This document shows, one piece after another, positions 45,470 through 54,385 of a stretch of 64,000 nucleotides of DNA. Position numbers and translations under genes: made by a program. Within the stretch, counting starts at the first letter, position 1, and every line of letters begins with the position of its first letter. Origin of the DNA: an uncultured Candidatus Saccharibacteria bacterium (lineage in GTDB: Bacteria > Patescibacteriota > Minisyncoccia > Phycocordibacterales > CAIZLB01); contig CAYVEK010000002.1 of NCBI GenBank assembly GCA_964450605.1, positions 87,681 to 151,680 of the forward strand, written 5' to 3'. A model generated the notes under the pieces. The model was not told the DNA's origin, did no database searches, and saw nothing but the letters and a program-made list of their open reading frames with translations.

Positions 45470-46237
45470 ATGAAAATCCGCATTCTACTGGTCCTCGTGA
45501 CCATCCTCATCACCCTGCTCTTCAACAGCACCGCCTCAGCAACCGCTGAGAAGGATGGAGGGTTTGGCAAACCCTCCATCACTACCCACGTCGAGTGGGC
45601 TCAACAATACCTCGCCTTCGGGGCGGGGATAAACCTCACAGACGACCCTGTTCTGCAAGGCTCCATTACCCTTAACTGGGATAATGGCACCTACCTGTTT
45701 TTATGGGGTTCCACTGATATGTCTGGTCGGCCCGGAAGCTCACTCGGGGACGAGTATGATCTCGGGCTAGGTTGGGCCGGCAACCTCAAAGGCTGGAGCA
45801 TCGACATCGGTGTCACCTACTTCGACGAACCCCACATGGGGAAAGTCGGACATCTCGGCGAAGAAGACATCCTGTATGTGCACCTGAAGGCTGGTCGCGA
45901 TATCGGCCGTGGATGGACCGCATCAGCAGCATTTGAAAGCTATATCACCATGCCGAACACTGAGTACAACGGTGGAAACCTGTACTCAGTCGAGTTGGCA
46001 AAAACTTTCAAAGCATCAGAACGGCTGTCCTTCCCCTTCTCGATCTCTGCCGTCTACGATGATGGTGGGTTCGGATTTGATTCCGGCTGGTTCCTTCGTG
46101 GGAACCTGGGCGCAGACATCACCCTGTCGAAAACACTCACCGCCAATATCGGCGGACGGTACTATGTGCCGTTTGATGTTGACGACGGAAGAGAAACCGA
46201 TGCAATGCTCTACCTCGGCTTCACGTGGAAGCCGTAA
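45470..46237 (+). CDS. GC-rich (~55%) secreted beta-rich protein with outer-membrane beta-barrel-like character (MipA/OmpV/OmpW-like alternating strands)
   Basis: Signal peptide; repeated alternating hydrophobic/polar beta-strand segments; aromatic-rich C-terminus (YLGFTWKP); composition is atypical for this genome. Confidence 0.35.
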   Translation: MKIRILLVLVTILITLLFNSTASATAEKDGGFGKPSITTHVEWAQQYLAFGAGINLTDDPVLQGSITLNWDNGTYLFLWGSTDMSGRPGSSLGDEYDLGLGWAGNLKGWSIDIGVTYFDEPHMGKVGHLGEEDILYVHLKAGRDIGRGWTASAAFESYITMPNTEYNGGNLYSVELAKTFKASERLSFPFSISAVYDDGGFGFDSGWFLRGNLGADITLSKTLTANIGGRYYVPFDVDDGRETDAMLYLGFTWKP

Positions 46238-46318
46238 CGGGGTCGATAAGTACCCCAAACTTATCAATTGCGCACGAGTCCGGAAACGGGCACGGGCGCT
46301 TTTTATGTAACAATATTA

Positions 46319-48337
46319 TTATTGAATCTTTGGATTTACTGTTATTTTAAAGTTTTGATATAAAAAATATTTACCATAATCACCGCCTTCATGAATATTG
46401 ATTTTAAAATAACCGGTGTACACTTTAGGTGTTGTCCCATCACTATTTAGATATGAATCATTTAAATACCTATTAATAGTCGCTGTTCCTCGTGCACCAC
46501 CGCTCGATGTGCCCAGAGAACCATATGTAGGCAACCCTTCACCATAGCCATATACCGAAAATCCAAAAGTTTTATTTGTATCACTTGATACTATTTTAAT
46601 AGTAAAATCTTTATTACCCTCACCATCAGTCATTACTAGATCAAGAGTACACTGGTCAAGTGTATATGTTACTGCTCCTACTAACACACTTTGAGGACAG
46701 TCTGCAAAATTTGATGGATTTAGAATTGTAGGCTCAGAAATTTGGGTTACCACAGGAGGTGAAACAACTGATGATGGAACGCTGATCCGTGCCGTTGCAG
46801 GAATAACGTATGTAGATGTTGGCGACAACGTACCACTACTTATTTCACTGACACCGTAGAATGAACTTATACCCGCATCATCAATAAATCTAAGTCCCGT
46901 AGGTCCATATACTTGAAATTTAATATTGTAAGAAGTGTCAGTTAACTTGGCGGCAAAAACATCTATGTTTAGATTTTTTCGACTATTTTTTGGAACACTA
47001 AAGCCTAGACTGGCCAATTGAATATAATACACTCCCTCATATTTAGTAAATGATGAAGTATTAACAGGAATTGTTGCTAATACGACATTTCCATCTCTAA
47101 CAACAAAAGATTTTATTACTTCTGCAGGATTAAGAACTTCTCCTTTTAAATTTGTTAAAGTAGTTTGCATATTTACTCGAGCAAGTTGTACATTTCCACC
47201 CACAGCTTCCACTGAGATAGTATATGCTCTGAATGAATCATCTTGACTTGTAATATTTGTACTTACAGGAACCGTAGGAGTTGCTGTAGAAGTAGGATTG
47301 GTTGTTGATCCAGGGACTATCTGACTGTTTATTAACGCACGTGTTATTGGCCCAACATATCCATCACCAGGCTGAATATTATTTGCTAACTGATAACCTA
47401 TAACCGCTTTTTTTGTCTCAAAATCAAATGAACCTGTAGGCGCTATATTTAACCAACCTTTAAGTGCCAGAAATCTTTGTAACTTAAGAACCTCGCTACC
47501 TGTCATGCCTATTTCAAGGTTTGTATTGATATATGGAGACTGATCAATGGCAACAACTGTAGTTGCTGGCGCTGAAACACTAATAATTCCAGAACTTACA
47601 GTTCTACCATATCCACCTTTTATAGTAGGTACAATTTGTTCGTCATATAGCTCTATATTATATCTTCCTGCTGGAACCGTGTTAAACACTAATGCATTTT
47701 GCACTTTGCAACCAACTTTTGTTAGATCTACACGTGCAACACCTGCAGCAACATCAAAATATCCGAGATCACAGTAAAGTTTTCCTTGTGAATTAAAAGC
47801 TGTGTCAACAAGTATTGCGTGAAGATTACCTTTTATATTGTATATATGATTCCAACGAATTTCATACACTTTACCAAGCTCCCATGTTTCATCAGATTTC
47901 TGAGTGATTAGTTGCACAAATGGACCTGCCACATATTCTCTCAGATAGTCTTTATTATTAGAACCAGAAGTCTGGTCCGTTGATGGTGTTGAAATATTAT
48001 TACATGAAATATTTTTAATTTTCAGACGTGTCGATGGTCCAACATATCCTGTTGGGGATATCTGATTAGCAGATTGAAAGCTTTTTACAGCCCTTACAGT
48101 TGCGAGACCAAAAAAACCACTGGGATTTGTATTTAAATACTTATTTTCTTGTAGAAAATCCTGAAGGACAGAAACCTCACCATTTGTGAGTGAGTCTACA
48201 GATCGGTAGCGAAGATTATTTTTAATATCTAAACAAGAACTAGTTCCTTCAGGATCGATATCTGTATCTTGTGCAAAAACCGAAACCTGTATACTGCAAC
48301 TAAAAATAAGTACTGCTAAAAAAAATAGTTTATTCAT
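46319..48337 (-). CDS. Large secreted protein with two peptidoglycan-binding (PG_binding_1-like) domains and beta-rich repeats
   Basis: Signal peptide; the PGB-like segments are GEVSVLQDFLQENKYL...VKSFQSANQI and MTGSEVLKLQRFLALKGW...VIGYQLANNI. Confidence 0.55.
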   Translation of the reverse strand: MNKLFFLAVLIFSCSIQVSVFAQDTDIDPEGTSSCLDIKNNLRYRSVDSLTNGEVSVLQDFLQENKYLNTNPSGFFGLATVRAVKSFQSANQISPTGYVGPSTRLKIKNISCNNISTPSTDQTSGSNNKDYLREYVAGPFVQLITQKSDETWELGKVYEIRWNHIYNIKGNLHAILVDTAFNSQGKLYCDLGYFDVAAGVARVDLTKVGCKVQNALVFNTVPAGRYNIELYDEQIVPTIKGGYGRTVSSGIISVSAPATTVVAIDQSPYINTNLEIGMTGSEVLKLQRFLALKGWLNIAPTGSFDFETKKAVIGYQLANNIQPGDGYVGPITRALINSQIVPGSTTNPTSTATPTVPVSTNITSQDDSFRAYTISVEAVGGNVQLARVNMQTTLTNLKGEVLNPAEVIKSFVVRDGNVVLATIPVNTSSFTKYEGVYYIQLASLGFSVPKNSRKNLNIDVFAAKLTDTSYNIKFQVYGPTGLRFIDDAGISSFYGVSEISSGTLSPTSTYVIPATARISVPSSVVSPPVVTQISEPTILNPSNFADCPQSVLVGAVTYTLDQCTLDLVMTDGEGNKDFTIKIVSSDTNKTFGFSVYGYGEGLPTYGSLGTSSGGARGTATINRYLNDSYLNSDGTTPKVYTGYFKINIHEGGDYGKYFLYQNFKITVNPKIQ

Positions 48338-48446
48338 GTGAATGAGGAGTGAGTTTATTAATAATATTGATTATAACATATATATCCGAGAATGGACACA
48401 TAGAGCACTGATACTAGACAAATAGAATATTTGCTACAATACACCC

Positions 48447-49607
48447 ATGAAAAAACTCAGCCTCAATATCCTCTACCTCTTTATCGGCCTATCTCTTTTA
48501 TCTATCATCACTAAAACCATCGATAAAAAACTAAGCACTTCAAACAAATCACAGACCGCAACCACAACCACAGATCTTGCCGAACAGTCTAAAAAAGATC
48601 CTATACAGGAACAGCTTGATCAGATGTCGATCGAAGAAAAGATAGGCTCTCTACTTATACTCGGATTTCGAGGGCCTGTGATAAATGAACATATTCAAAC
48701 ACTGATAACTAAACATCATGTTGGTGGAGTAAACCTACTTAAGTGGAATATCGAATCGGCCGATCAAATGAAAAAACTTTCCGCTGATTTGCAAAATCTA
48801 TATACAAAAAATCATAACAACTTACCTTTCATCGTATCCGCCGATCAAGAAGGTGGAACTGTTGTTAGATTTAAATTTTTAAATGAAAAAACCGCACAGC
48901 CTGACATGAAGACTGTTGGACAAGTTATCGAAATAACAAAACGTCGTGCAAAAGAACTGAAATCACTCGGAGTAAATATGAATTTTGCACCTGTTGCTGA
49001 CTATATAACAAATACAAAAAGTTTTCTATATAACCGAACTTTTGCAACAACAACTGAAGGCACTATAACTCTCGCAAAAACAGCGGCTGAAGTATATATG
49101 GCACAAGGTGTTATGCCAGTGTTTAAACATTTTCCTGGATATGGAAATAGTACTATAGATCCACATAAAGCGATGACGGTATTTGATGGAACGAGAGAAA
49201 TGTTTAATCAAAACATAGAAGTATTTAAAAACATTTTACAAAATGAAAAAGATATACCTGTAATGACTGCTCATATACAAGTCCCTTGGGTATCGAACTT
49301 ACCCGCAACAAAAGAGCCCTACTTTATGACCGACATGTTACGAAATGATTTTTCATATCAAGGTGTAGTCATAACCGACGATCTAGACATGGCATCAGTT
49401 GGAGCTGATCAGGGTAAAAATGCAGTTGATGCTATAGTTGCAGGAGCTGATATGATTATCAGTACTCCAAATGATACGAACCATTTTGTAATTATCGAAG
49501 CTCTGAAAAAAGCAGTAGATGAAGGAAAAATATCTCAAAAAAGACTTGATGAAGCGGCATATAGAGTGCTCAAGTTACGAAATAAGATGGCGGAAATACA
49601 AGGGTGA
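48447..49607 (+). CDS. nagZ: Glycoside hydrolase family 3 beta-N-acetylhexosaminidase (NagZ-like), membrane-anchored or secreted
   Basis: SADQEGGTVVRF and KHFPGYGNSTIDPH motifs. Confidence 0.75.
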   Translation: MKKLSLNILYLFIGLSLLSIITKTIDKKLSTSNKSQTATTTTDLAEQSKKDPIQEQLDQMSIEEKIGSLLILGFRGPVINEHIQTLITKHHVGGVNLLKWNIESADQMKKLSADLQNLYTKNHNNLPFIVSADQEGGTVVRFKFLNEKTAQPDMKTVGQVIEITKRRAKELKSLGVNMNFAPVADYITNTKSFLYNRTFATTTEGTITLAKTAAEVYMAQGVMPVFKHFPGYGNSTIDPHKAMTVFDGTREMFNQNIEVFKNILQNEKDIPVMTAHIQVPWVSNLPATKEPYFMTDMLRNDFSYQGVVITDDLDMASVGADQGKNAVDAIVAGADMIISTPNDTNHFVIIEALKKAVDEGKISQKRLDEAAYRVLKLRNKMAEIQG

Positions 49608-49662
49608 TTTGTGTGGTGGGTTTGGTATGATGTGAGGTGAACTTAACCACCAATCCAGCACC

Positions 49663-50064
49663 ATGAAACTGCTACATCCAGCTGACCCCGCTCTGATAAC
49701 AGCCCTTCAAAGGGTAATCCGATCTGCACAAGATCAACAATGCTCCATACCTGAGGACCCTGAAGAAACCCCTATCGCCGAACTTTTCGAGTCTTCCGCA
49801 AGAAGCGAGAACTCACAAGCGTTTCGAAAGATGATGTTCGACCGTTTCTCTCGCGGGATCGTACTTTGCGAACTTATCCCCACTGTCGAAGGAAGGAAAG
49901 TTTGCCTTGAGGTCTGTCCTGCTGCCAACTTCAGGGTCGTTATCCCTGGCCAGTGCAACATCGGAGTCGATCTCCGGACGACCGTAAAGATATGTGCACT
50001 GGTTCACCCAAGCACTCCTTTTTCACAGATTCTGCACAGTGCAATCGAAAAGGCGATGCAATAG
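49663..50064 (+). CDS. GC-rich (~52%) hypothetical protein, Cys-containing
   Basis: No known domain. A hairpin (ccccgagggtttttcgggg) plus T-run terminator follows. Confidence 0.3.
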   Translation: MKLLHPADPALITALQRVIRSAQDQQCSIPEDPEETPIAELFESSARSENSQAFRKMMFDRFSRGIVLCELIPTVEGRKVCLEVCPAANFRVVIPGQCNIGVDLRTTVKICALVHPSTPFSQILHSAIEKAMQ

Positions 50065-50218
50065 TGCAGACACGACCATATCACACCCAGCCCCGAGGGT
50101 TTTTCGGGGCACTTTTTATTATTTGACTTCACTTACAAAAACACTATAATAACATCGTACTTCGAGTATTTAAAACTTCTCTAAGAGCAGAAAAACGGCT
50201 ACTGCCACTAGTCTTAGA

Positions 50219-50650
50219 CTATTGAGATGGGGAGAACGTCGTACCCCAGAGAAGTTTTAAGTTCTTGAAGTATTTTTCTTTTGCCAAAAACATAGTTACC
50301 AAAATATAACCTTTTATATTTGTATCGTATTCCAAAACAGCAACATGGGGTTTTGTTTTAAATTCACGATCGATATATTTAACAAACAAGAATCTTTTAT
50401 CTTTATTTTTTGAAATAAAAATTTGTTGGTGTGCAAAAGTTATCAAGGTTAGTTTATGTATTAGATATAAACCAATCTCATCTTTTTCTAAAATATGTTT
50501 TAGAGAAACCCTAGTACAAAAAACTTTACCTTTTGGGACATAATCTGAATTAATGTACATATTTAAATAAATAAGTTTGTGAGGATCTGGTATTTGATCA
50601 CCCCTATCAAACACTATTAATTCTTCAATTATTTTTTGTAACAAAAACAC
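50219..50650 (-). CDS. Hypothetical protein (143 aa)
   Basis: No known domain. Confidence 0.3.
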   Translation of the reverse strand: MFLLQKIIEELIVFDRGDQIPDPHKLIYLNMYINSDYVPKGKVFCTRVSLKHILEKDEIGLYLIHKLTLITFAHQQIFISKNKDKRFLFVKYIDREFKTKPHVAVLEYDTNIKGYILVTMFLAKEKYFKNLKLLWGTTFSPSQ

Positions 50651-50695
50651 TTAACCATCCTACCACCCCACCCATCAAGAAATTCTGAAGAAAAG

Positions 50696-51406
50696 TTAAA
50701 CTTTCCCTCCACCCATCCTCCACTCATCAATCTTTTTATGATCCCCACTCAATAAAACTTTTGGTACTTTATATTTTTTACCGCCCCACTCTAAAACCTC
50801 TGGTCGAGTGTATACATCATGAGATGAAACTCGACTCTCTTCTCTACTATCAAAATTACCGAGCACGCCTGGAACCTGTCGAGCAATAACATCCATCATA
50901 ACCATAGCTGGTAACTCACCACCTGTAACAACCCAAGGGCCTACTGATACATCCACCATCTTGTATGCTTTTTTAACTCGTGCATCGATACCTTCATATC
51001 GCCCACACAAGATGATAATGTCTGTGTATTTTTGAACCCAGGTATGAGCTGTTTCTGTTGTAAACTGTTCGCCACCAGGAGACAGAAAGATTATCAGTTT
51101 TTTACCTTTTCTTTTTCCTATCTTTTTGTCAGCTTTTTCTATAGCCTTAAGTACAGGCTCGGCTTTCATGACCATACCAGGACCTCCTCCGTACGGCCTA
51201 TCATCCACCATACGCAAAGGTTTCTCCTTAAACCGCTGTGCACCCTTTGGTTTTACAAAATCCCGAGGATTATAAAACTCAGTTTTAATATACCCCTCCT
51301 CTATCCCTCGAGCTATTATAGAAGCCTGTATATACGACGTAAAAGCCTCGCCAAAGAGAGTTATGAAGTGAAATGTAATTGGTTGTATCTTGGCCTTCTT
51401 AGCCAT
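50696..51406 (-). CDS. trmD: tRNA (guanine37-N1)-methyltransferase TrmD (start taken as ATG 51404-51406; the ORF track extends to 51445)
   Basis: ILCGRYEGIDARV and VGPWVVTGGELPAMVMMDVIARQVPGVLGN match TrmD. Confidence 0.9.
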   Translation of the reverse strand: MAKKAKIQPITFHFITLFGEAFTSYIQASIIARGIEEGYIKTEFYNPRDFVKPKGAQRFKEKPLRMVDDRPYGGGPGMVMKAEPVLKAIEKADKKIGKRKGKKLIIFLSPGGEQFTTETAHTWVQKYTDIIILCGRYEGIDARVKKAYKMVDVSVGPWVVTGGELPAMVMMDVIARQVPGVLGNFDSREESRVSSHDVYTRPEVLEWGGKKYKVPKVLLSGDHKKIDEWRMGGGKV

Positions 51407-51472
51407 AGTCGACCGACCTAATGCGAGCTCCAAACGAAATGTCAAATGTGAGTGCAGTGGTCGGTCGACTAT
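51405..51472 (-). promoter_or_regulatory. 14-bp perfect inverted repeat (ATAGTCGACCGACC-N40-GGTCGGTCGACTAT) whose 3' arm abuts or overlaps the trmD start codon
   Basis: Seen directly. On the mRNA it would sequester the ribosome-binding region. Confidence 0.45.
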
Positions 51473-51534
51473 ACCTACGAAAAACCTATAAAGTTCAACT
51501 ATAGCCCAGTATATCCCAGACTCCCTGAAAACAC

Positions 51535-51566
51535 AAAACCCCGTCTTGCGACAGGGTTTTATGACA
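51535..51566. terminator. Bidirectional intrinsic terminator (ccccgtc-ttgc-gacaggg with a one-nucleotide bulge, flanked by A and T runs)
   Basis: Hairpin plus flanking runs. Confidence 0.5.
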
Positions 51567-51663
51567 TTTCGTTTTAGGAGCCTGCCATGAATTGCTTCTG
51601 GCGCTCACATACAGCCATACTAGCATATTTGATCTTAAAAGTCAAATATTAGGCCAGTTTTTG

Positions 51664-52365
51664 CTATTTTCGAGATGTAAGCTCTTCTTTTGCCTTCTTT
51701 AGGATATCTGTAGCCATCTCTTTTCCTCCTAATCCGAAAGATATACCTAGTGCAATAGATGCGGCAACAACAGCTCCAATAAACAGTGTGTTGATCAAAG
51801 TTACTGCGATTCCTAGCTGAACAAGGGCTGACAAAACAGCAAATACAATCACCGCCGCCTTTGTAACAGTTCCCAATGCTCGTGCTGAAGAAAGGTGTGC
51901 GTTTGCAGCGGCTGCTGTAACAGTCTTCTTAAGAACATCGGCAACAAGCACGGCAACAAGAAGTATAAGTACAGCGACAACTATTTTTGGTAGGTATATT
52001 GCAACCATTGTTCCGATAATAGCTGAAACATCACCTAGTCCTAGAACTTGTAATATCGCTAGGAACATAACTGTAATAATAGACCACTTGATAAGTCCAC
52101 CGAAAAATAGACCTGTGTTTAGATCCATACCACCTTTTTTCAAAAGGTTTTCTGCTCCAGCCTGTCGCAATGCAGAATCAAGTTTAATTTTCTCAAATAC
52201 AGTTTTAATAAGTTTGCCAATATAATCTGCAACGATCCATGTTGCGATAAATATAATAAAAGCAAAGAAAATAAGTAATCCGTATCCAAGTAACGCCTCT
52301 TTCACACTTTCGTATGAAGTTGTTACTGCTCCTCCTATACCTGTAGTCATGATTTGTGTTGGCAT
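51664..52365 (-). CDS. Membrane protein with conserved-TM-helix repeats (MscS-N-terminal / PF05552-like)
   Basis: Repeated hydrophobic helices separated by short charged loops. Confidence 0.4.
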   Translation of the reverse strand: MPTQIMTTGIGGAVTTSYESVKEALLGYGLLIFFAFIIFIATWIVADYIGKLIKTVFEKIKLDSALRQAGAENLLKKGGMDLNTGLFFGGLIKWSIITVMFLAILQVLGLGDVSAIIGTMVAIYLPKIVVAVLILLVAVLVADVLKKTVTAAAANAHLSSARALGTVTKAAVIVFAVLSALVQLGIAVTLINTLFIGAVVAASIALGISFGLGGKEMATDILKKAKEELTSRK

Positions 52366-52417
52366 ATAAAATATAATGATTATGTTAAATTGATAACATC
52401 TTCATTATACCATATCC

Positions 52418-53203
52418 TTACCGGAAGAAACCCATCTTATCCATTGCTACGATATGCTCAAAATCCAGCACATCTCGTATAAGTCTATCCCCTATAGAGT
52501 GCCTGTATTTAAAATCTTCTTGATCTAAGGCAGCGTATTTTAGCTCTCGTCCCAGATCTCGTTCAAGTTCAGCTACAACCTCTGTTACCTGACCAGGAAT
52601 CTTGTCGAAAATAAGAATCATATCTATCGGTGATTGATGATTTGTCGCGTCGATGAAAAATCCAGATAGCAGTATCGTTTTCAAACGAGGAAGATCTTGC
52701 ACGTGTTCAACAATACGATCTTTGTCTCGAGGTACGGCTGATAAAATCAAATCAGTAATAGGTTGTCGAAGCGGAAAATCAGGATTCATCTGATATACTA
52801 CGGAATTATTTTTCTGTGCATCTGGAGTGATGATATTTTTACGTGAAGCAATCACTATTCCCTGTCGCATAAAATCTCGAAGGTCGGGGAGTAATTTGTC
52901 TGATTTAAGTTTTGTTAAATGAATCAGTTGTTTTAGTGTAAATTCTTTATGAGAATTTATAGAAAATATTTTCCACAACTTAGCTTTTGAATTTCCACCA
53001 AAAAGTTGTTCCATGAGAACTAACTCTGTTGGAACTTTTCCTGACAAAACACTTTCTTGCATCACTGGAGCTTCTTTTGTGATACGTTTTGTTACAGGTT
53101 TTACCTTCTTCTTAGTTTTTGTTTGAGTTTTTTTCTTGAATACTTTTTTGCTGTTCTTTTTTGCCACTTTTCGGACAACAGGTTTTCTGGATTTCTTTTT
53201 CAT
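52418..53203 (-). CDS. Hypothetical protein with a Lys-rich histone-H1-like N-terminal tail
   Basis: N-terminal KKKSRKPVVRKVAKKNSKK...KTKKKVKP; C-terminal globular part is unassigned. Confidence 0.35.
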   Translation of the reverse strand: MKKKSRKPVVRKVAKKNSKKVFKKKTQTKTKKKVKPVTKRITKEAPVMQESVLSGKVPTELVLMEQLFGGNSKAKLWKIFSINSHKEFTLKQLIHLTKLKSDKLLPDLRDFMRQGIVIASRKNIITPDAQKNNSVVYQMNPDFPLRQPITDLILSAVPRDKDRIVEHVQDLPRLKTILLSGFFIDATNHQSPIDMILIFDKIPGQVTEVVAELERDLGRELKYAALDQEDFKYRHSIGDRLIRDVLDFEHIVAMDKMGFFR

Positions 53204-53230
53204 ACACTATACATTTTATCACAGACCGAT

Positions 53231-53275
53231 AAAAGAAAAACCCCGTAAGGGGTATCCCTTACGAGGTTTTTCTTG
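53231..53275. terminator. Bidirectional intrinsic terminator (cgtaaggg-gtat-cccttacg)
   Basis: 8-bp perfect stem with flanking A/T runs. Confidence 0.55.
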
Positions 53276-53314
53276 CGTAATTTGAGTCTGTGCAGACTTT
53301 AAAGTCTAAACTTA

Positions 53315-53725
53315 TTATTTTAGCTCAACTTTACCTCCAGCCTCTTCAACTTGCTTCTTAAGAGCGTCGGCATCTTCTTTCTTCATACCAGCTTTAAGAG
53401 TTGATGGTGCTGCGTCTACTAGATCCTTAGCCTCTTTTAGACCTAGACCCAGAACTTCTTTAACTACTTTGATAACAGCGATCTTGTTTGCTCCACCGTC
53501 TGCAAGAACAACATCAAATGATGTTTTCTCCTCAGCTGCGGCTGCGCCACCTGCTGCAGGACCAGCTACTGCAACTGCTGCAGCTGATACTCCAAATTTC
53601 TTTTCTAGGAATTTAACAAGTTCGTGTAGTTCGATAACTGACATCTTTTCAATGGCATCAACTACTGTTTTGAATTGAGCAGGAGTTTCAATAACTTCTG
53701 TCATGTTTGTGTCTACTTCTGACAT
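53315..53725 (-). CDS. rplL: 50S ribosomal protein L7/L12
   Basis: Ala-rich hinge and the C-terminal [23 protein letters not shown]... Confidence 0.9.
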   Translation of the reverse strand: MSEVDTNMTEVIETPAQFKTVVDAIEKMSVIELHELVKFLEKKFGVSAAAVAVAGPAAGGAAAAEEKTSFDVVLADGGANKIAVIKVVKEVLGLGLKEAKDLVDAAPSTLKAGMKKEDADALKKQVEEAGGKVELK

Positions 53726-53758
53726 AAATTTTTCTTAAATATTAATTAGTAAATTAGA

Positions 53759-54247
53759 TTAACCTTTCTTTTCCGCAATTGCGTTAAGAGCGAGTACAAA
53801 TCGCTGTATCGGTGAATTGATAAGTTGTACAAACTGAGCTTGAAGAGTCTTGATACCTGGAATAGAAGCGATAGTGATCATGTCACCTTTTGCTTTATAT
53901 TCTCCATCAAATACTCCACCAAGAATAGTAAGTTTATCTTTGAACTTTTTTGTAAACTCAAGAACTTCTCGAGCTGGAGCAAGTAGGTCTGCGCCGTATA
54001 CAAGTGCAACTTCGCCATCAAGGGCAGGAAGTTCTCCTGTAACACCAGCCTCAACCAACGCTCGTTTGATCAAAGTTTTCTTAGCAACTCTATATCCAAC
54101 ATCTGCAGATCGAAGAGCTTTTCGAACCTCTCCAACTTCACCAACGTTTATGCCGTGAAATTGTAGAAATACAACAGTCTTTGAATCAGCAAGTATCTTA
54201 GATACATCTGATACGATTTCACTCTTTTTTGACTTTGAAATCGCCAT
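53759..54247 (-). CDS. rplJ: 50S ribosomal protein L10
   Basis: Family-typical N-terminus; position upstream of rplL. Confidence 0.9.
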   Translation of the reverse strand: MAISKSKKSEIVSDVSKILADSKTVVFLQFHGINVGEVGEVRKALRSADVGYRVAKKTLIKRALVEAGVTGELPALDGEVALVYGADLLAPAREVLEFTKKFKDKLTILGGVFDGEYKAKGDMITIASIPGIKTLQAQFVQLINSPIQRFVLALNAIAEKKG

Positions 54248-54385
54248 GGTTGTTTTGATTTAAATTGTTAATGTGTTTTTGTGGACCAACAATAGGTAGA
54301 AAAGACTTCTACATAGGGCTTCTGGACGACTAGGTCGCTTGCCTATGGTCTTGGAGGCCACATCGAAACAATAGCATATTTTCTG
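54248..54385 (-). promoter_or_regulatory. Possible L10 leader (rplJL autoregulatory 5'UTR)
   Basis: 138-bp structured leader upstream of rplJ; based on position only. Confidence 0.25.

Noticed and set aside
46238-46318. Intrinsic terminator after the beta-barrel-like gene
   Set aside because: Partial GC-rich complementarity (…gcgcacg…cgggcgcttttt) is present, but I could not resolve a clean stem, so I have not reported it as a feature.
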